NCBI GenBank assembly: GCA_964441815.1
Contig: CAYTVE010000003.1
Coordinates: 323-64,322 of the forward strand
DNA from: an uncultured Anaeroplasmataceae bacterium
Lineage (GTDB): Bacteria; Bacillota_I; Bacilli_A; Acholeplasmatales; Anaeroplasmataceae
Length of the DNA stretch: 64,000 nt
Reading direction: 5' to 3'
The position numbers and the translations under genes were made by a program. This document shows, piece after piece, positions 10,171 to 19,413 of the stretch. Below the pieces are notes generated by a model. It made no database searches and was not told the origin of the DNA. It saw only the letters and a program-made list of their open reading frames with translations. Each line of letters begins with the position of its first letter. Within the stretch, counting starts at the first letter, position 1.

Positions 10171-10484
10171 GAAAATAATTTTTTTCAGAACAATCTCTTA
10201 ATACAATTAATTGAACTTTTAATTATATTTTCCTTTCTTTTTATTTTTAAATTATGAGTTCAACATAACTATCACATATAAATTCTATTATTTTTTTATA
10301 TACATGTCAATAATTTTGTATTATTCATTAAATAAAAATAAAAATAACTTTATTCTAATCATTTTTTAGAATATTATTCGAAATAATTCTGCTTTGTTGT
10401 TTTTTTGCCAATTAAGTTTTATTTTATTTTAACTGTCATAAATACTGTCTATTTAACATAAATTTATGATGTAAGGAGGAATCA

Positions 10485-10907
10485 ATTATACCTAGAATAG
10501 CTTACACAGAAAAAGAATTAGAATTACTTGCAAGATTAATGAGAGCAGAAGCTGAAGGTGAAGGAAAAAAAGGAATGCTTTTAGTTGGAAACGTATGTGT
10601 TAATCGAGCTGTAGCTAAATGTTTAGATTTTAAAAAAATAAATACCGTTGAAAAAGCTGTAATGCAAAAACCAGGAGGCTTTGAAGCTACAGCAAAGGGA
10701 TATTTTTATCAAGCAGCACGATCGGTAGATAAAAAACTTGCAAAAAGAATATTAAATGGTGAAAAATTTGTTCCTGCAACTAATGCCTTGTGGTTTTATA
10801 ATCCTCACGGAGAAGAATGTAGAAAGACTTGGTGGAATCAACAACAAAGTGGAGCGTATAAAAATCATTGTTTTTATGCACCAAGCGATCGTGAAAATTG
10901 TTATTAA
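10485..10907 (+). CDS. cwlJ: spore cortex-lytic cell wall hydrolase, CwlJ/SleB (Hydrolase_2) family
   Basis: 'LLARLMRAEAEGEGKKGMLLVGNVCVNR' and 'HCFY', typical of CwlJ. It is followed by gerQ, as in the B. subtilis cwlJ-gerQ operon. The conserved N-terminus lies upstream of the first ATG (10539). The start is placed at ATT 10485 (or ATA 10488), behind SD AAGGAGGA (10473-10480). Confidence 0.8.
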   Translation: MIPRIAYTEKELELLARLMRAEAEGEGKKGMLLVGNVCVNRAVAKCLDFKKINTVEKAVMQKPGGFEATAKGYFYQAARSVDKKLAKRILNGEKFVPATNALWFYNPHGEECRKTWWNQQQSGAYKNHCFYAPSDRENCY

Positions 10908-10921
10908 GAAAGGAAATGTTT

Positions 10922-11263
10922 ATGAATTATTTTTACCCAAATCCATATAGCTATTATAGTGGGGGCTATAACGGAGGCTTTTACCCATTTCAACAACAAA
11001 ATGATCAAACAGATGAACAATCTTATATTGAAAACATATTAAGATTGAATCTAGGAAAAAATGTATCAGTTTACATGAATTTTGAAAACTCTCAATGGGG
11101 TTCAAAAATATTTAAAGGTAAGTTAGAAGCAGCTGGAAAAGATCATATCATTATTTCTGATCCAAGTAATAACATGAGATATTTATTATTAACTATCTAT
11201 TTAAATTATGTAACATTCGATGAAGAAATTAATTATTATTATCCTTATCAAAACAATAAATAG
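10922..11263 (+). CDS. gerQ: spore coat protein GerQ (YwdL family)
   Basis: Gln/Tyr-rich N-terminus, then 'QSYIENILRLNLGK...AAGKDHIIISDP...RYLLLTIYLNYVTFDEEI', matching the GerQ core. It lies immediately downstream of cwlJ. ATG 10922 sits 7 nt after AAAGGAAA. Confidence 0.8.
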   Translation: MNYFYPNPYSYYSGGYNGGFYPFQQQNDQTDEQSYIENILRLNLGKNVSVYMNFENSQWGSKIFKGKLEAAGKDHIIISDPSNNMRYLLLTIYLNYVTFDEEINYYYPYQNNK

Positions 11264-11312
11264 AAAAAAAGGCCAAAATACATTGATTTTTCAACATATT
11301 TTGGCTTTTTTA

Positions 11313-11915
11313 TTATATATTTTTAGGCTTTATAACAATGGCTCTTGTTTCACCTTCACCCTCTGATTCTGTATAAACATCACGCCATTCACTTAATTTT
11401 TCGTGAATAACTCTACGTTCATAAGAATTCATAGGTTTTAATTTTACACTAATTTTTGTTTTTGCAACTTCTTTAGCTGTTTTTGTTGCAAGAATTTCTA
11501 ATTGATGTGCTCTATTACTTTTATAAGAACCAACATCTAAACTTGTTACAATTCTATCTTTAGTATATGATGAAACTAATGTTCTAACTAATATTTGTAA
11601 AGCATCTAAAGTTTTACCTTTAACACCAATTAATAGCGGATTTTCATTACTATCTATATTATAATAAATTTGAGAATTTCCAACAGACCTAGCTTCTATT
11701 TGATAACCAATATTTAAAGCTTTTAAAATATTTTCAAGATATCTTTTACCTTCTAATGTTAAATTAACATCAACTAAGGCTTCACAATTTAATCCTTCAG
11801 GTAATTCACCTAATACATTTATAAATATTTTATCACTAGATAAATGCATTTTCTTTACTGCTTCAGCTAGTGCTTCTTCAGTAGTTTTTGCAATAACTTC
11901 TACTTTTTTTTGCAT
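11313..11915 (-). CDS. jag: Jag/KhpB RNA-binding protein (KH + R3H domains)
   Basis: R3H motif 'SYERRVIHEKL' at the C-terminus. Position downstream of yidC is the canonical rnpA-yidC-jag arrangement. Confidence 0.85.
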   Translation of the reverse strand: MQKKVEVIAKTTEEALAEAVKKMHLSSDKIFINVLGELPEGLNCEALVDVNLTLEGKRYLENILKALNIGYQIEARSVGNSQIYYNIDSNENPLLIGVKGKTLDALQILVRTLVSSYTKDRIVTSLDVGSYKSNRAHQLEILATKTAKEVAKTKISVKLKPMNSYERRVIHEKLSEWRDVYTESEGEGETRAIVIKPKNI

Positions 11916-11927
11916 GTTACACCTCTC

Positions 11928-12929
11928 CTATATTACTGTACTCTTTTTTTGAGCTTTATGATAATTATATTCGTTAATTTTACGACCAACAAATCCTTGG
12001 AATAATTGATATATAGCACCTATTAACCAATATAAAGCTAATGAAGTTGATGATAGTGACATAAATACAAACATAATATTCATAACGTAACTCATCATTT
12101 TCATTTGTTTTTGTTGTTGTTCTTGTTGTTCTGTCGTAACTTTTCTTTGTTGACTTTTTTCTTGTAAATATTTTGGTTTCTTTTGTGATATTTTTTGATT
12201 TAAAATAGTAATAGCACCAAAAGAAAGAGCAATAACAAGTGCAAATATCTTATCATGTATTGTAGTAGCATCAAAGAAAGAAGTGTTTAATTCAAAGAAA
12301 TTAAATACTTTAGTGTTATGTAATGCAAAAGTACCATATTGAACTATTTCTACACCATTAACTGTAACAGTTGATGTAGCATTAATACGTCTTACAACTT
12401 CATACATAGCCATAAATATAGGGAATTGTATAAACATTGGAAGTATACAACCAAGTGGATTGATTTTATATTTTTTATATAATTTCATCATTTCCATTTG
12501 CATTTGTTGTTGAGATTGAGGATCTTTTCTATTTCCGTATTTTCTTTGAATTCTATCCATTTCTGGTTGCATCAATGTCATCTTTAAGCTCATACTATTT
12601 TGCTTAGAATAAATTGGCCAAGCTATAGTTCTAACTATTAAAGTAGTAAATAATATACCCCAGAAGAAAGAATTACCTAAAGCCTTACCAATATGTGAAC
12701 AAATCCAAGCTATAGGCCATGATAATATAGAAACAGGCCATCCCCACATTGCTTCCCATGAAGAATCAAATTTAAATTCTTGAGAATATCCGCCCCAATT
12801 ATCTAGATAAGGTCTATTTTCTGTCCAATTATTAGAATTTGTTCTACAACCAGTTAAACTTAATAATAAAACAAATAAAAATCCAACCAAAATAAATTTA
12901 TATTTATTTTTATTTAAAAATTGAATCAT
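11928..12929 (-). CDS. yidC: membrane protein insertase YidC/SpoIIIJ (lipoprotein type)
   Basis: Lipobox 'LSLTGC', a multi-TM 60-kDa-IMP core, and a basic C-terminal tail. Adjacent to rnpA. Confidence 0.9.
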   Translation of the reverse strand: MIQFLNKNKYKFILVGFLFVLLLSLTGCRTNSNNWTENRPYLDNWGGYSQEFKFDSSWEAMWGWPVSILSWPIAWICSHIGKALGNSFFWGILFTTLIVRTIAWPIYSKQNSMSLKMTLMQPEMDRIQRKYGNRKDPQSQQQMQMEMMKLYKKYKINPLGCILPMFIQFPIFMAMYEVVRRINATSTVTVNGVEIVQYGTFALHNTKVFNFFELNTSFFDATTIHDKIFALVIALSFGAITILNQKISQKKPKYLQEKSQQRKVTTEQQEQQQKQMKMMSYVMNIMFVFMSLSSTSLALYWLIGAIYQLFQGFVGRKINEYNYHKAQKKSTVI

Positions 12930-12930
12930 T

Positions 12931-13272
12931 TTATTCTCCTTTCATAAGTAATTTTTGCTTAGAAAAAAGATAGTTTAATTCTTTATTAATACCATCAAAA
13001 TTAAGTTCTAAAACTTTTCCTCTAGCAACGATAAAAACATCAACATTAGATTTTATTTTTAACTTTCTAACAACTGCTCTAATTTGACGTTTTAAACGAT
13101 TTCTAACTACAGCATTACCTATTTTTTTTCCGACACTAATCGCATAACGAAAGTGGTTGGTTTCGTTTTGTTCTTTTATATATAATGTAAAGTAAGAATT
13201 TTTAGAAAAACGATGATTTTTTAATATTTTTTCTATATCCTGACTTTTCTTTACGCGATATTGTTTTTTCAT
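12931..13272 (-). CDS. rnpA: ribonuclease P protein component
   Basis: 113 aa and basic, with the RNR-type motif 'KKIGNAVVRNRLKRQIR'. Downstream of rpmH. Confidence 0.9.
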   Translation of the reverse strand: MKKQYRVKKSQDIEKILKNHRFSKNSYFTLYIKEQNETNHFRYAISVGKKIGNAVVRNRLKRQIRAVVRKLKIKSNVDVFIVARGKVLELNFDGINKELNYLFSKQKLLMKGE

Positions 13273-13291
13273 AGATTATACCTTCTTTATA

Positions 13292-13334
13292 ATAAATAAA
13301 AACACAACCAAAAAATTTTATTGTTCTGGTTGTG
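13292..13334 (-). terminator. hairpin + U-run between rpmH and rnpA (partial terminator/attenuator)
   Basis: Minus strand reads CACAACCA (13334-13327), a 16-nt loop, TGGTTGTG (13310-13303), then TTTTTATTT. Confidence 0.5.
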
Positions 13335-13361
13335 CTAGTTTTGTCAATATTTATTATAAAA

Positions 13362-13496
13362 TTATACAGTTAATTGTTTTCTACCTTTTTTACGTCTACG
13401 AGCTAAAACTTTACGACCATTTTTTGTAGCCATTCTAGCACGGAAACCATGAGTAACTTTTCTTTTACGTCTATTAGGTTGATAAGTTCTTTTCAT
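13362..13496 (-). CDS. rpmH: 50S ribosomal protein L34
   Basis: Not in the ORF track because it is under 60 aa. Hand translation gives [44 protein letters not shown] plus TAA. RBS AAAGGTAGG lies upstream. Confidence 0.95.
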   Translation of the reverse strand: MKRTYQPNRRKRKVTHGFRARMATKNGRKVLARRRKKGRKQLTV

Positions 13497-13771
13497 ATTT
13501 TTTATACCTACCTTTCTTACGAAACCACGCTATAACATTCTATCAAAAAAGAATATGATTGTCAAATACTTTTTGTAACTTTTTCTTTTGAACTAAGTTT
13601 AAAGTTAAAGTTTACACTTAAATCGCTTAAAAATCGTTTATTTTTTATATCATTTTTATAAATAAAATGTGTAGAATTAATAAATACTATTTGAATTTTT
13701 ATTTAATAAATTTCATTATATAAAATTAAAAAAATTAAACATTAATAAAATAGTTAAAAAAAATAAAAAAA

Positions 13772-13924
13772 TGTGGATAACTTATCAATATATTTATTCA
13801 CCTGTTAATTTGTAGAAAAACTCAAAAAAAAGCCAAAAATAAAGCTTTTTTAAAAAAGTTATCCACATTTTTTTTTAAAAATCGACAAAAAAATAAAAAG
13901 TTATCCACACTTTTTGTGGAAAAA
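13772..13924. promoter_or_regulatory. oriC part 1: DnaA-box cluster upstream of dnaA
   Basis: Perfect TTATCCACA boxes at 13772-13780 (reverse orientation), 13859-13867 and 13901-13909. One 1-mismatch box, TGTGGAAAA, at 13916-13924. The surrounding sequence is extremely AT-rich. Confidence 0.85.
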
Positions 13925-13981
13925 AAAAACTTGTTAATTTTATTTTTTGTGCTATCATTATTAAGAATGTAGGTGTATATT

Positions 13982-15295
13982 ATGGAATCATATCAAAATT
14001 TATGGAATCAAACTAGAGATATTTTAGCTAATAACTTTGCAGAAGAAACTTTTGAAGAACTTTTTTCTGATGTAAAAAAAGTTATACAAGTAGAAAATGG
14101 TATAATTTATGTTTTAACTCCATCTACATATATAAAAACTAAAATAAATCACCTTTGTTCTAGAAAAATTACAGAAATTTTAAATGAAATTACAACTGAA
14201 AAAGTGAAATTTAAATTTGTTTGTGAGGAAGAAATAAAACCAAAAAAGGTTATTACTCCAATTAAATTAAATAAAAATAATTTAAAAAGCAATTATACTT
14301 TTGAATCTTTTGTTGTAGGTGATTCCAATAGATTAAGTTATATGACAAGTCTAAAAGTTGCAGATCAACCTGGTGTCGTTGTTAATCCATTATACATTTT
14401 CGGTGGTGTTGGATTAGGAAAAACCCATTTAATGCACGCTATTGGTAACCAAATTATAGAAAATGACTTAAATAATAATGTTTTGTACATTCAAGCTACA
14501 GATTTTATTTCTGATTACATTAAAGCCGTACAAACAAAAAATATGATAGCTTTTGAAGAAAAATACGAGAATTTAGATGCTTTATTAGTAGATGATATTC
14601 AAATGCTTGCTCAAGGTAATAAATCACAACAAGAATTTTTTAAACTTTTCAATGATTTAATCACAAGACAAAAACAAATTGTTATTACATCTGATTGTCC
14701 AGCTAAAAAATTAACTGGTATAATGGATCGTTTAACTTCAAGATTCCAAATGGGTTTAAGTGTTGACATACAACAACCCGATTTAGTTCAACGTATAAAT
14801 ATATTAAAAAGAAAACTAGCTGAAACAACAAATAAACAAATTGATGAAAAAATATTAGTATATATAGCTGAAAACTTTGTAGATAATATAAGAGAGCTTG
14901 AAGGTGGTTTAAATCGTGTTTTATGGTATAGTGAAGTATATAATAAAGAACCAACTTTAGAAATAGCAAAAGAGGCGTTAATTGTTTTAATAAAAACTCA
15001 TGAAGATAAAGAAAAAACAAATTATGATGCTGCATTAAGTGTTATTTCTAATACCTATGGTATTAGCACTTCTGATTTATTAGGCAATTCAAGAAAAGCT
15101 AAATTTGTATTACCTAGACATATAGCAATGTATATATTAAAAACACATTACGGCTTAAAAGATGAAAAAATAGGAAAATTATTAAATGGTAAAGATAGAT
15201 CTTCTGTTATTCACGGAAGAACAAAAATAGAAGAAGATTTAAAAATGAATCCTGAATTAAAAATGGCTATCGATACAATTTTAAAGAAAATATAA
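13982..15295 (+). CDS. dnaA: chromosomal replication initiator protein DnaA
   Basis: AAA+ Walker A 'GGVGLGKTHLMHAIGN', Walker B 'LLVDDIQ', and a C-terminal DNA-binding signature 'LPRHIAMYILK'. ATG 13982 lies 6 nt after AGGTG. The GTG 13973 given in the track is also possible. Confidence 0.95.
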   Translation: MESYQNLWNQTRDILANNFAEETFEELFSDVKKVIQVENGIIYVLTPSTYIKTKINHLCSRKITEILNEITTEKVKFKFVCEEEIKPKKVITPIKLNKNNLKSNYTFESFVVGDSNRLSYMTSLKVADQPGVVVNPLYIFGGVGLGKTHLMHAIGNQIIENDLNNNVLYIQATDFISDYIKAVQTKNMIAFEEKYENLDALLVDDIQMLAQGNKSQQEFFKLFNDLITRQKQIVITSDCPAKKLTGIMDRLTSRFQMGLSVDIQQPDLVQRINILKRKLAETTNKQIDEKILVYIAENFVDNIRELEGGLNRVLWYSEVYNKEPTLEIAKEALIVLIKTHEDKEKTNYDAALSVISNTYGISTSDLLGNSRKAKFVLPRHIAMYILKTHYGLKDEKIGKLLNGKDRSSVIHGRTKIEEDLKMNPELKMAIDTILKKI

Positions 15296-15298
15296 TTT

Positions 15299-15379
15299 TG
15301 TGGATAAAATAATAGATTTCCACACTGAAATATGGTATAATTTAAATTGAAAAATCAAGATATTTTGGACTTATCCACA
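15299..15379. promoter_or_regulatory. oriC part 2: DnaA boxes between dnaA and dnaN, followed by an AT-rich candidate unwinding region
   Basis: TGTGGATAA at 15299-15307, a degenerate ATTTCCACA at 15316-15324, and TTATCCACA at 15371-15379. About 60 nt of almost pure A/T follows (15380-15440). Confidence 0.75.
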
Positions 15380-15448
15380 TATCAACAAACATAATAATAA
15401 TTATAAAGAATAATAAATATAATATTAAATTAATAAGGAGTAGTTTTT

Positions 15449-16588
15449 ATGAATTTTACAATCGACCGTGATGTCTTACTTGAAAATTTAACAATTATAT
15501 CAAGAGGATTACCAACTAAAAGTCCAATGCCAATATTAACAGGAATAAAAATCGAAGTTACAGCTTCTGATTTATATATGATTGCATCTAATACTGATAT
15601 TTCTGTTGAAACATTAATTAATGATTCTTCATTAGAAATTGAAAAACCAGGAAAAACAGTTGTACCAGGTAGATTTTTTATTGATATAATAAGAAAAATC
15701 AATTCTAAAAAAGTTAATTTTTGTTTAGTAGAAGATAAAATATTAGTTATTAAAGCAGATAGAGGAGAATATAAATTACATATTATGGATCCTTTAGATT
15801 ATCCTAATATTGATTTTGTATCACTAGAAAATCCTTTAGAACTTCCAGCAGAATGTATTAAAAACTTAATAAAACAAACAAGCTTTGCTACAGCCCAAAG
15901 TGAAAAAAAACCAATATTAACAGGTGTACATTTAACATATGAAGATAATAAGCTTACTGCAACAGCTACAGATTCGTTTAGATTAGCTCAAGTAATTGTT
16001 GATATTCCAGAATACAGACCATTTAATATTACTATTCCTAATAAATCTTTAGATGAATTATTAAGAGCACTTGATAATTATAATGAAAATATTAATTTAT
16101 ATTTTTCAGTTAATAAACTTTTAATTAAATTTAAAAATGTTTTATTCCAAACAAGATTATTAGACGGTAATTATCCAGATACATCACGTATAATACCAAC
16201 TAATTTTCCAGTACTATTAACATTTGATAAAGAAGATTTATTAGAAGCAGTAGAACGTGTATCTCTTCTTTCTCCAAGAGAAAAGATGAGTTCTAGTGAA
16301 TTATCATATAGTATTATAAAATTAACAATAACAGAAGAAAGAAATGTTATAATATCTTCAACAAACGCATCTATTGGTGATGCATATGAAGAGTTAATTC
16401 CACTTGATACTAAATTAGTTGGACCTTTAACTATTGGTTTTAGTTCTAAATATTTAGTAGAAGCTTTAAGAAGTTTTGAATCAACTGAAATTACTTTACA
16501 TTGCAATGAAGGAATTAGACCTTTTGTTATTACAGGTGAAAAGGATGCAAATTTAACTCAATTAATTTTACCTGTTCGTATGGATTAA
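15449..16588 (+). CDS. dnaN: DNA polymerase III beta sliding clamp
   Basis: 379 aa with three-domain clamp-like sequence ('MNFTIDRDVLLENL...', 'LPVRMD' C-terminus). Canonical position after dnaA. RBS AAGGAG. Confidence 0.95.
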   Translation: MNFTIDRDVLLENLTIISRGLPTKSPMPILTGIKIEVTASDLYMIASNTDISVETLINDSSLEIEKPGKTVVPGRFFIDIIRKINSKKVNFCLVEDKILVIKADRGEYKLHIMDPLDYPNIDFVSLENPLELPAECIKNLIKQTSFATAQSEKKPILTGVHLTYEDNKLTATATDSFRLAQVIVDIPEYRPFNITIPNKSLDELLRALDNYNENINLYFSVNKLLIKFKNVLFQTRLLDGNYPDTSRIIPTNFPVLLTFDKEDLLEAVERVSLLSPREKMSSSELSYSIIKLTITEERNVIISSTNASIGDAYEELIPLDTKLVGPLTIGFSSKYLVEALRSFESTEITLHCNEGIRPFVITGEKDANLTQLILPVRMD

Positions 16589-16596
16589 TTTGAATT

Positions 16597-16627
16597 AAGG
16601 TTGTAATAAATATTACAGCCTTTTTTA
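16597..16627 (+). terminator. rho-independent terminator after dnaN
   Basis: AAGGTTGTAAT-AAAT-ATTACAGCCTT (11 bp, one G-U pair), followed by TTTTTT. Confidence 0.7.
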
Positions 16628-16668
16628 TAATCACATTTTATTTTAAATTATTAGGAGAGTTTTAATTT

Positions 16669-17670
16669 ATGATTGAAATAAATAATTTAGTTAAAGAATT
16701 TAAAAGACCAATCAGAAAAAGTGGTTTAATAGGAATGTTTAAAACCTTATTCTCAAGAAAATATGAAACTAAGGTCGCTGTTAATAACATATCTTTAAAA
16801 ATAAATGATGGAGAAATTGTTGGCTATATAGGTTCAAATGGTGCTGGAAAATCTACTACAATAAAAATGATGTGTGGCATTTTGACTCCTACAAGTGGAA
16901 ATGTTTTAATAGATGGGTTAGAACCATATAAAAAAAGAAAACAAGTAGTTAAAAATATAGGTGTTGTTTTTGGTCAAAAAACTCAATTATGGTGGGATAT
17001 ACCTTTAATTGAATCATTTAAAGTTCTAAAAGAAATATACCAAGTATCTGATAAAGATTATCAAGAAAGATTAACTTTCTTATGTGATATATTAGGTATA
17101 GGAGAATTTTTAAATCAACCAGTAAGAACATTATCTTTAGGTCAAAGAATGCGTGCTGATTTAGCAGCATCCTGGTTACATAATCCTAAAATATTATTTT
17201 TAGATGAACCAACAATAGGATTAGATGTTTATGTTAAGGAAAAAATAAGACAAGCTATAAAATTAATGAATCAAAAATATCATACAACTGTCTTACTTAC
17301 AACTCATGATATGCAAGATATCGAAAATTTATGTTCAAGAATCGTAATTTTAGAACAAGGAAATATTATATACGATGGTAGTTTACAACAAATAAAAAAT
17401 GAATTTGGTAATATAAAAACTATAATAGTAAAATTAAAAAATGAAATAAATATAAACGAATTGGATAATTTTAATAATGAAATAAATTATAATATAGAAA
17501 ATAATGATTTAGTCATTAAATTTAATGCTGATAAGATATTATTAGAAGATGTAATAAATTATTCTTTTCACAATTTACCTTTAACAGATTTAAATGTTAA
17601 AGGTATTGGTATTGAAGATGTTGTAAAATCATTACTAGCTAAAGAAGAAGAGGCAAAGAAAAATGTTTAA
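16669..17670 (+). CDS. ABC transporter ATP-binding protein (ABC-2 exporter type)
   Basis: Walker A 'GSNGAGKSTT', signature 'LSLGQRMRADLA', Walker B 'ILFLDEPTIGLD', H-loop 'TTHD'. Confidence 0.9.
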   Translation: MIEINNLVKEFKRPIRKSGLIGMFKTLFSRKYETKVAVNNISLKINDGEIVGYIGSNGAGKSTTIKMMCGILTPTSGNVLIDGLEPYKKRKQVVKNIGVVFGQKTQLWWDIPLIESFKVLKEIYQVSDKDYQERLTFLCDILGIGEFLNQPVRTLSLGQRMRADLAASWLHNPKILFLDEPTIGLDVYVKEKIRQAIKLMNQKYHTTVLLTTHDMQDIENLCSRIVILEQGNIIYDGSLQQIKNEFGNIKTIIVKLKNEININELDNFNNEINYNIENNDLVIKFNADKILLEDVINYSFHNLPLTDLNVKGIGIEDVVKSLLAKEEEAKKNV

Positions 17671-18496
17671 GAAATATAAACCATTCTTTAGAACTGGTGC
17701 TATGGATTTACTAGCTTTTAAATTTAATTTATTTTCTTGGTTTTTTATTACATTATTACAAGTAATATGTATTTTATTTTTATGGATTTCAGTATTTAAA
17801 AACGCTCCAGAGGGGTTAAATTCAGTTATTAATGGATTTTCCTTTAAAGAGATGATAACTTATACCATATTTATAAATATCTTTAATTTTGTGGCTTTTT
17901 CCAATAATACAATATGGATAATAAATGATGAAATAAAGGATGGAACAATTGCCATGTCTTTTATTAAGCCAATTTCTTATCGAATAAGGTTTGTTTTTAT
18001 TAATTTAGGATCTGTATTTATGCAAATTTTGATATTAGGAATTCCTTGTTTTATAATTGCTTATATTATATTTGGCTGTTTAGGATACATTACTATATCA
18101 TCTATCCCAATTTTATTGGTTCATATTTTATTATTTATAATATCACTTTTAATCGCAACATTATTAAATGATGTTATCAATTATATTTTTGGTATATTAT
18201 GTTTTTATACATCATCAGGTTTTGGTATCAATCAAATAAAAAATGTTATTATAGGATTTTTATCTGGAAGTTTACTACCATTATCTTTTTTTCCAGGTAT
18301 ATTTGGTAAAATAGTAAGTTATTTACCATTTGCAGGAATGGCACAAAATCCTATTTTAATATTTTTAATGAAATTAGATACAATGGAATCATTAAAAACC
18401 ATTGGATTAAGTATAACATGGCTTATTATATTAGAATTTATTGCTTGGCTATTATTTAGAAATGCTAGTAAGAAAGTAACAGTTCAAGGAGGTTAA
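17663..18496 (+). CDS. ABC-2 family transporter permease
   Basis: 277-aa protein with about 6 TMs. Its start overlaps the ATPase gene stop by 8 nt. Confidence 0.75.
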   Translation: MFKKYKPFFRTGAMDLLAFKFNLFSWFFITLLQVICILFLWISVFKNAPEGLNSVINGFSFKEMITYTIFINIFNFVAFSNNTIWIINDEIKDGTIAMSFIKPISYRIRFVFINLGSVFMQILILGIPCFIIAYIIFGCLGYITISSIPILLVHILLFIISLLIATLLNDVINYIFGILCFYTSSGFGINQIKNVIIGFLSGSLLPLSFFPGIFGKIVSYLPFAGMAQNPILIFLMKLDTMESLKTIGLSITWLIILEFIAWLLFRNASKKVTVQGG

Positions 18497-18502
18497 AATA
18501 TT

Positions 18503-19294
18503 ATGATATATATATCACTTTATTTTACCTGTATAAAAAGATCTATAATATCTAGATTAGAATATAAAAAAGATACTTTTGTTGCTTTATTTTCATTTTT
18601 TTTATCTAATATTAGTTCTATTTTATCTATTTATTTTATTGTCAATTCAATACCTAGTTTAAATGGATGGGATATGTGGCAATTAGGATTCTTATATGGA
18701 TTTTCAATGATGCCAGTAGCTCTTGATCATTTATTTAGTGATGATTTATGGCTTATTTCTTATTTTAAAGTAAAAAATGGAGATTTAGATAGATACTATT
18801 TAAGGCCAGTACCGGTTTTATTTCAATCACTTGCTGAAACTTTTCAACCAGAAGGTTTTGGCGAATTGATAGTAGGTATTATAATGCTTATATTATGTGG
18901 TAATATGATTAATATTAATTTGAGTTTTGGAAATATTTTACTGCTTATCATTGCAACAATTTTTGGTGCTATGATAATAACATCATTAAAAATTATTTTT
19001 GCTTCATTAGCTTTTGTATTTAAAAGAAGTGGTCAATTATTACAAATAGTGTATAATTTTATAACATATACAAGATACCCATTAAAAATATTTCCTAAAA
19101 TTATTCAAAATTTATTAATATTTGTTTTTCCTTTTGCGGTTGCAATATCTTTTCCAGTAGAAAGCATATTATTTAATAATTATAATAATTATGTGTTATG
19201 TTTATTAATTATAGTTGTATCTATTATATTTTTAAGTATATCAATAACTATTTGGACTCTTTTAGCAAGAAAATATCAATCAACAGGTAGTTAG
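18503..19294 (+). CDS. ABC-2 family transporter permease
   Basis: 263-aa multi-TM protein, 6 nt after the preceding permease. It is the second membrane subunit of the same exporter. Confidence 0.75.
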   Translation: MIYISLYFTCIKRSIISRLEYKKDTFVALFSFFLSNISSILSIYFIVNSIPSLNGWDMWQLGFLYGFSMMPVALDHLFSDDLWLISYFKVKNGDLDRYYLRPVPVLFQSLAETFQPEGFGELIVGIIMLILCGNMININLSFGNILLLIIATIFGAMIITSLKIIFASLAFVFKRSGQLLQIVYNFITYTRYPLKIFPKIIQNLLIFVFPFAVAISFPVESILFNNYNNYVLCLLIIVVSIIFLSISITIWTLLARKYQSTGS

Positions 19295-19413
19295 AGAGTT
19301 TAATATGAATAATATTTAATGAAAAAATATGTGCAAATTAAATAATAATGAAGATTTGAATATATTTGCATAAAACAGTATAATATAATTAATTTATAAA
19401 GGAAGACAAAATT

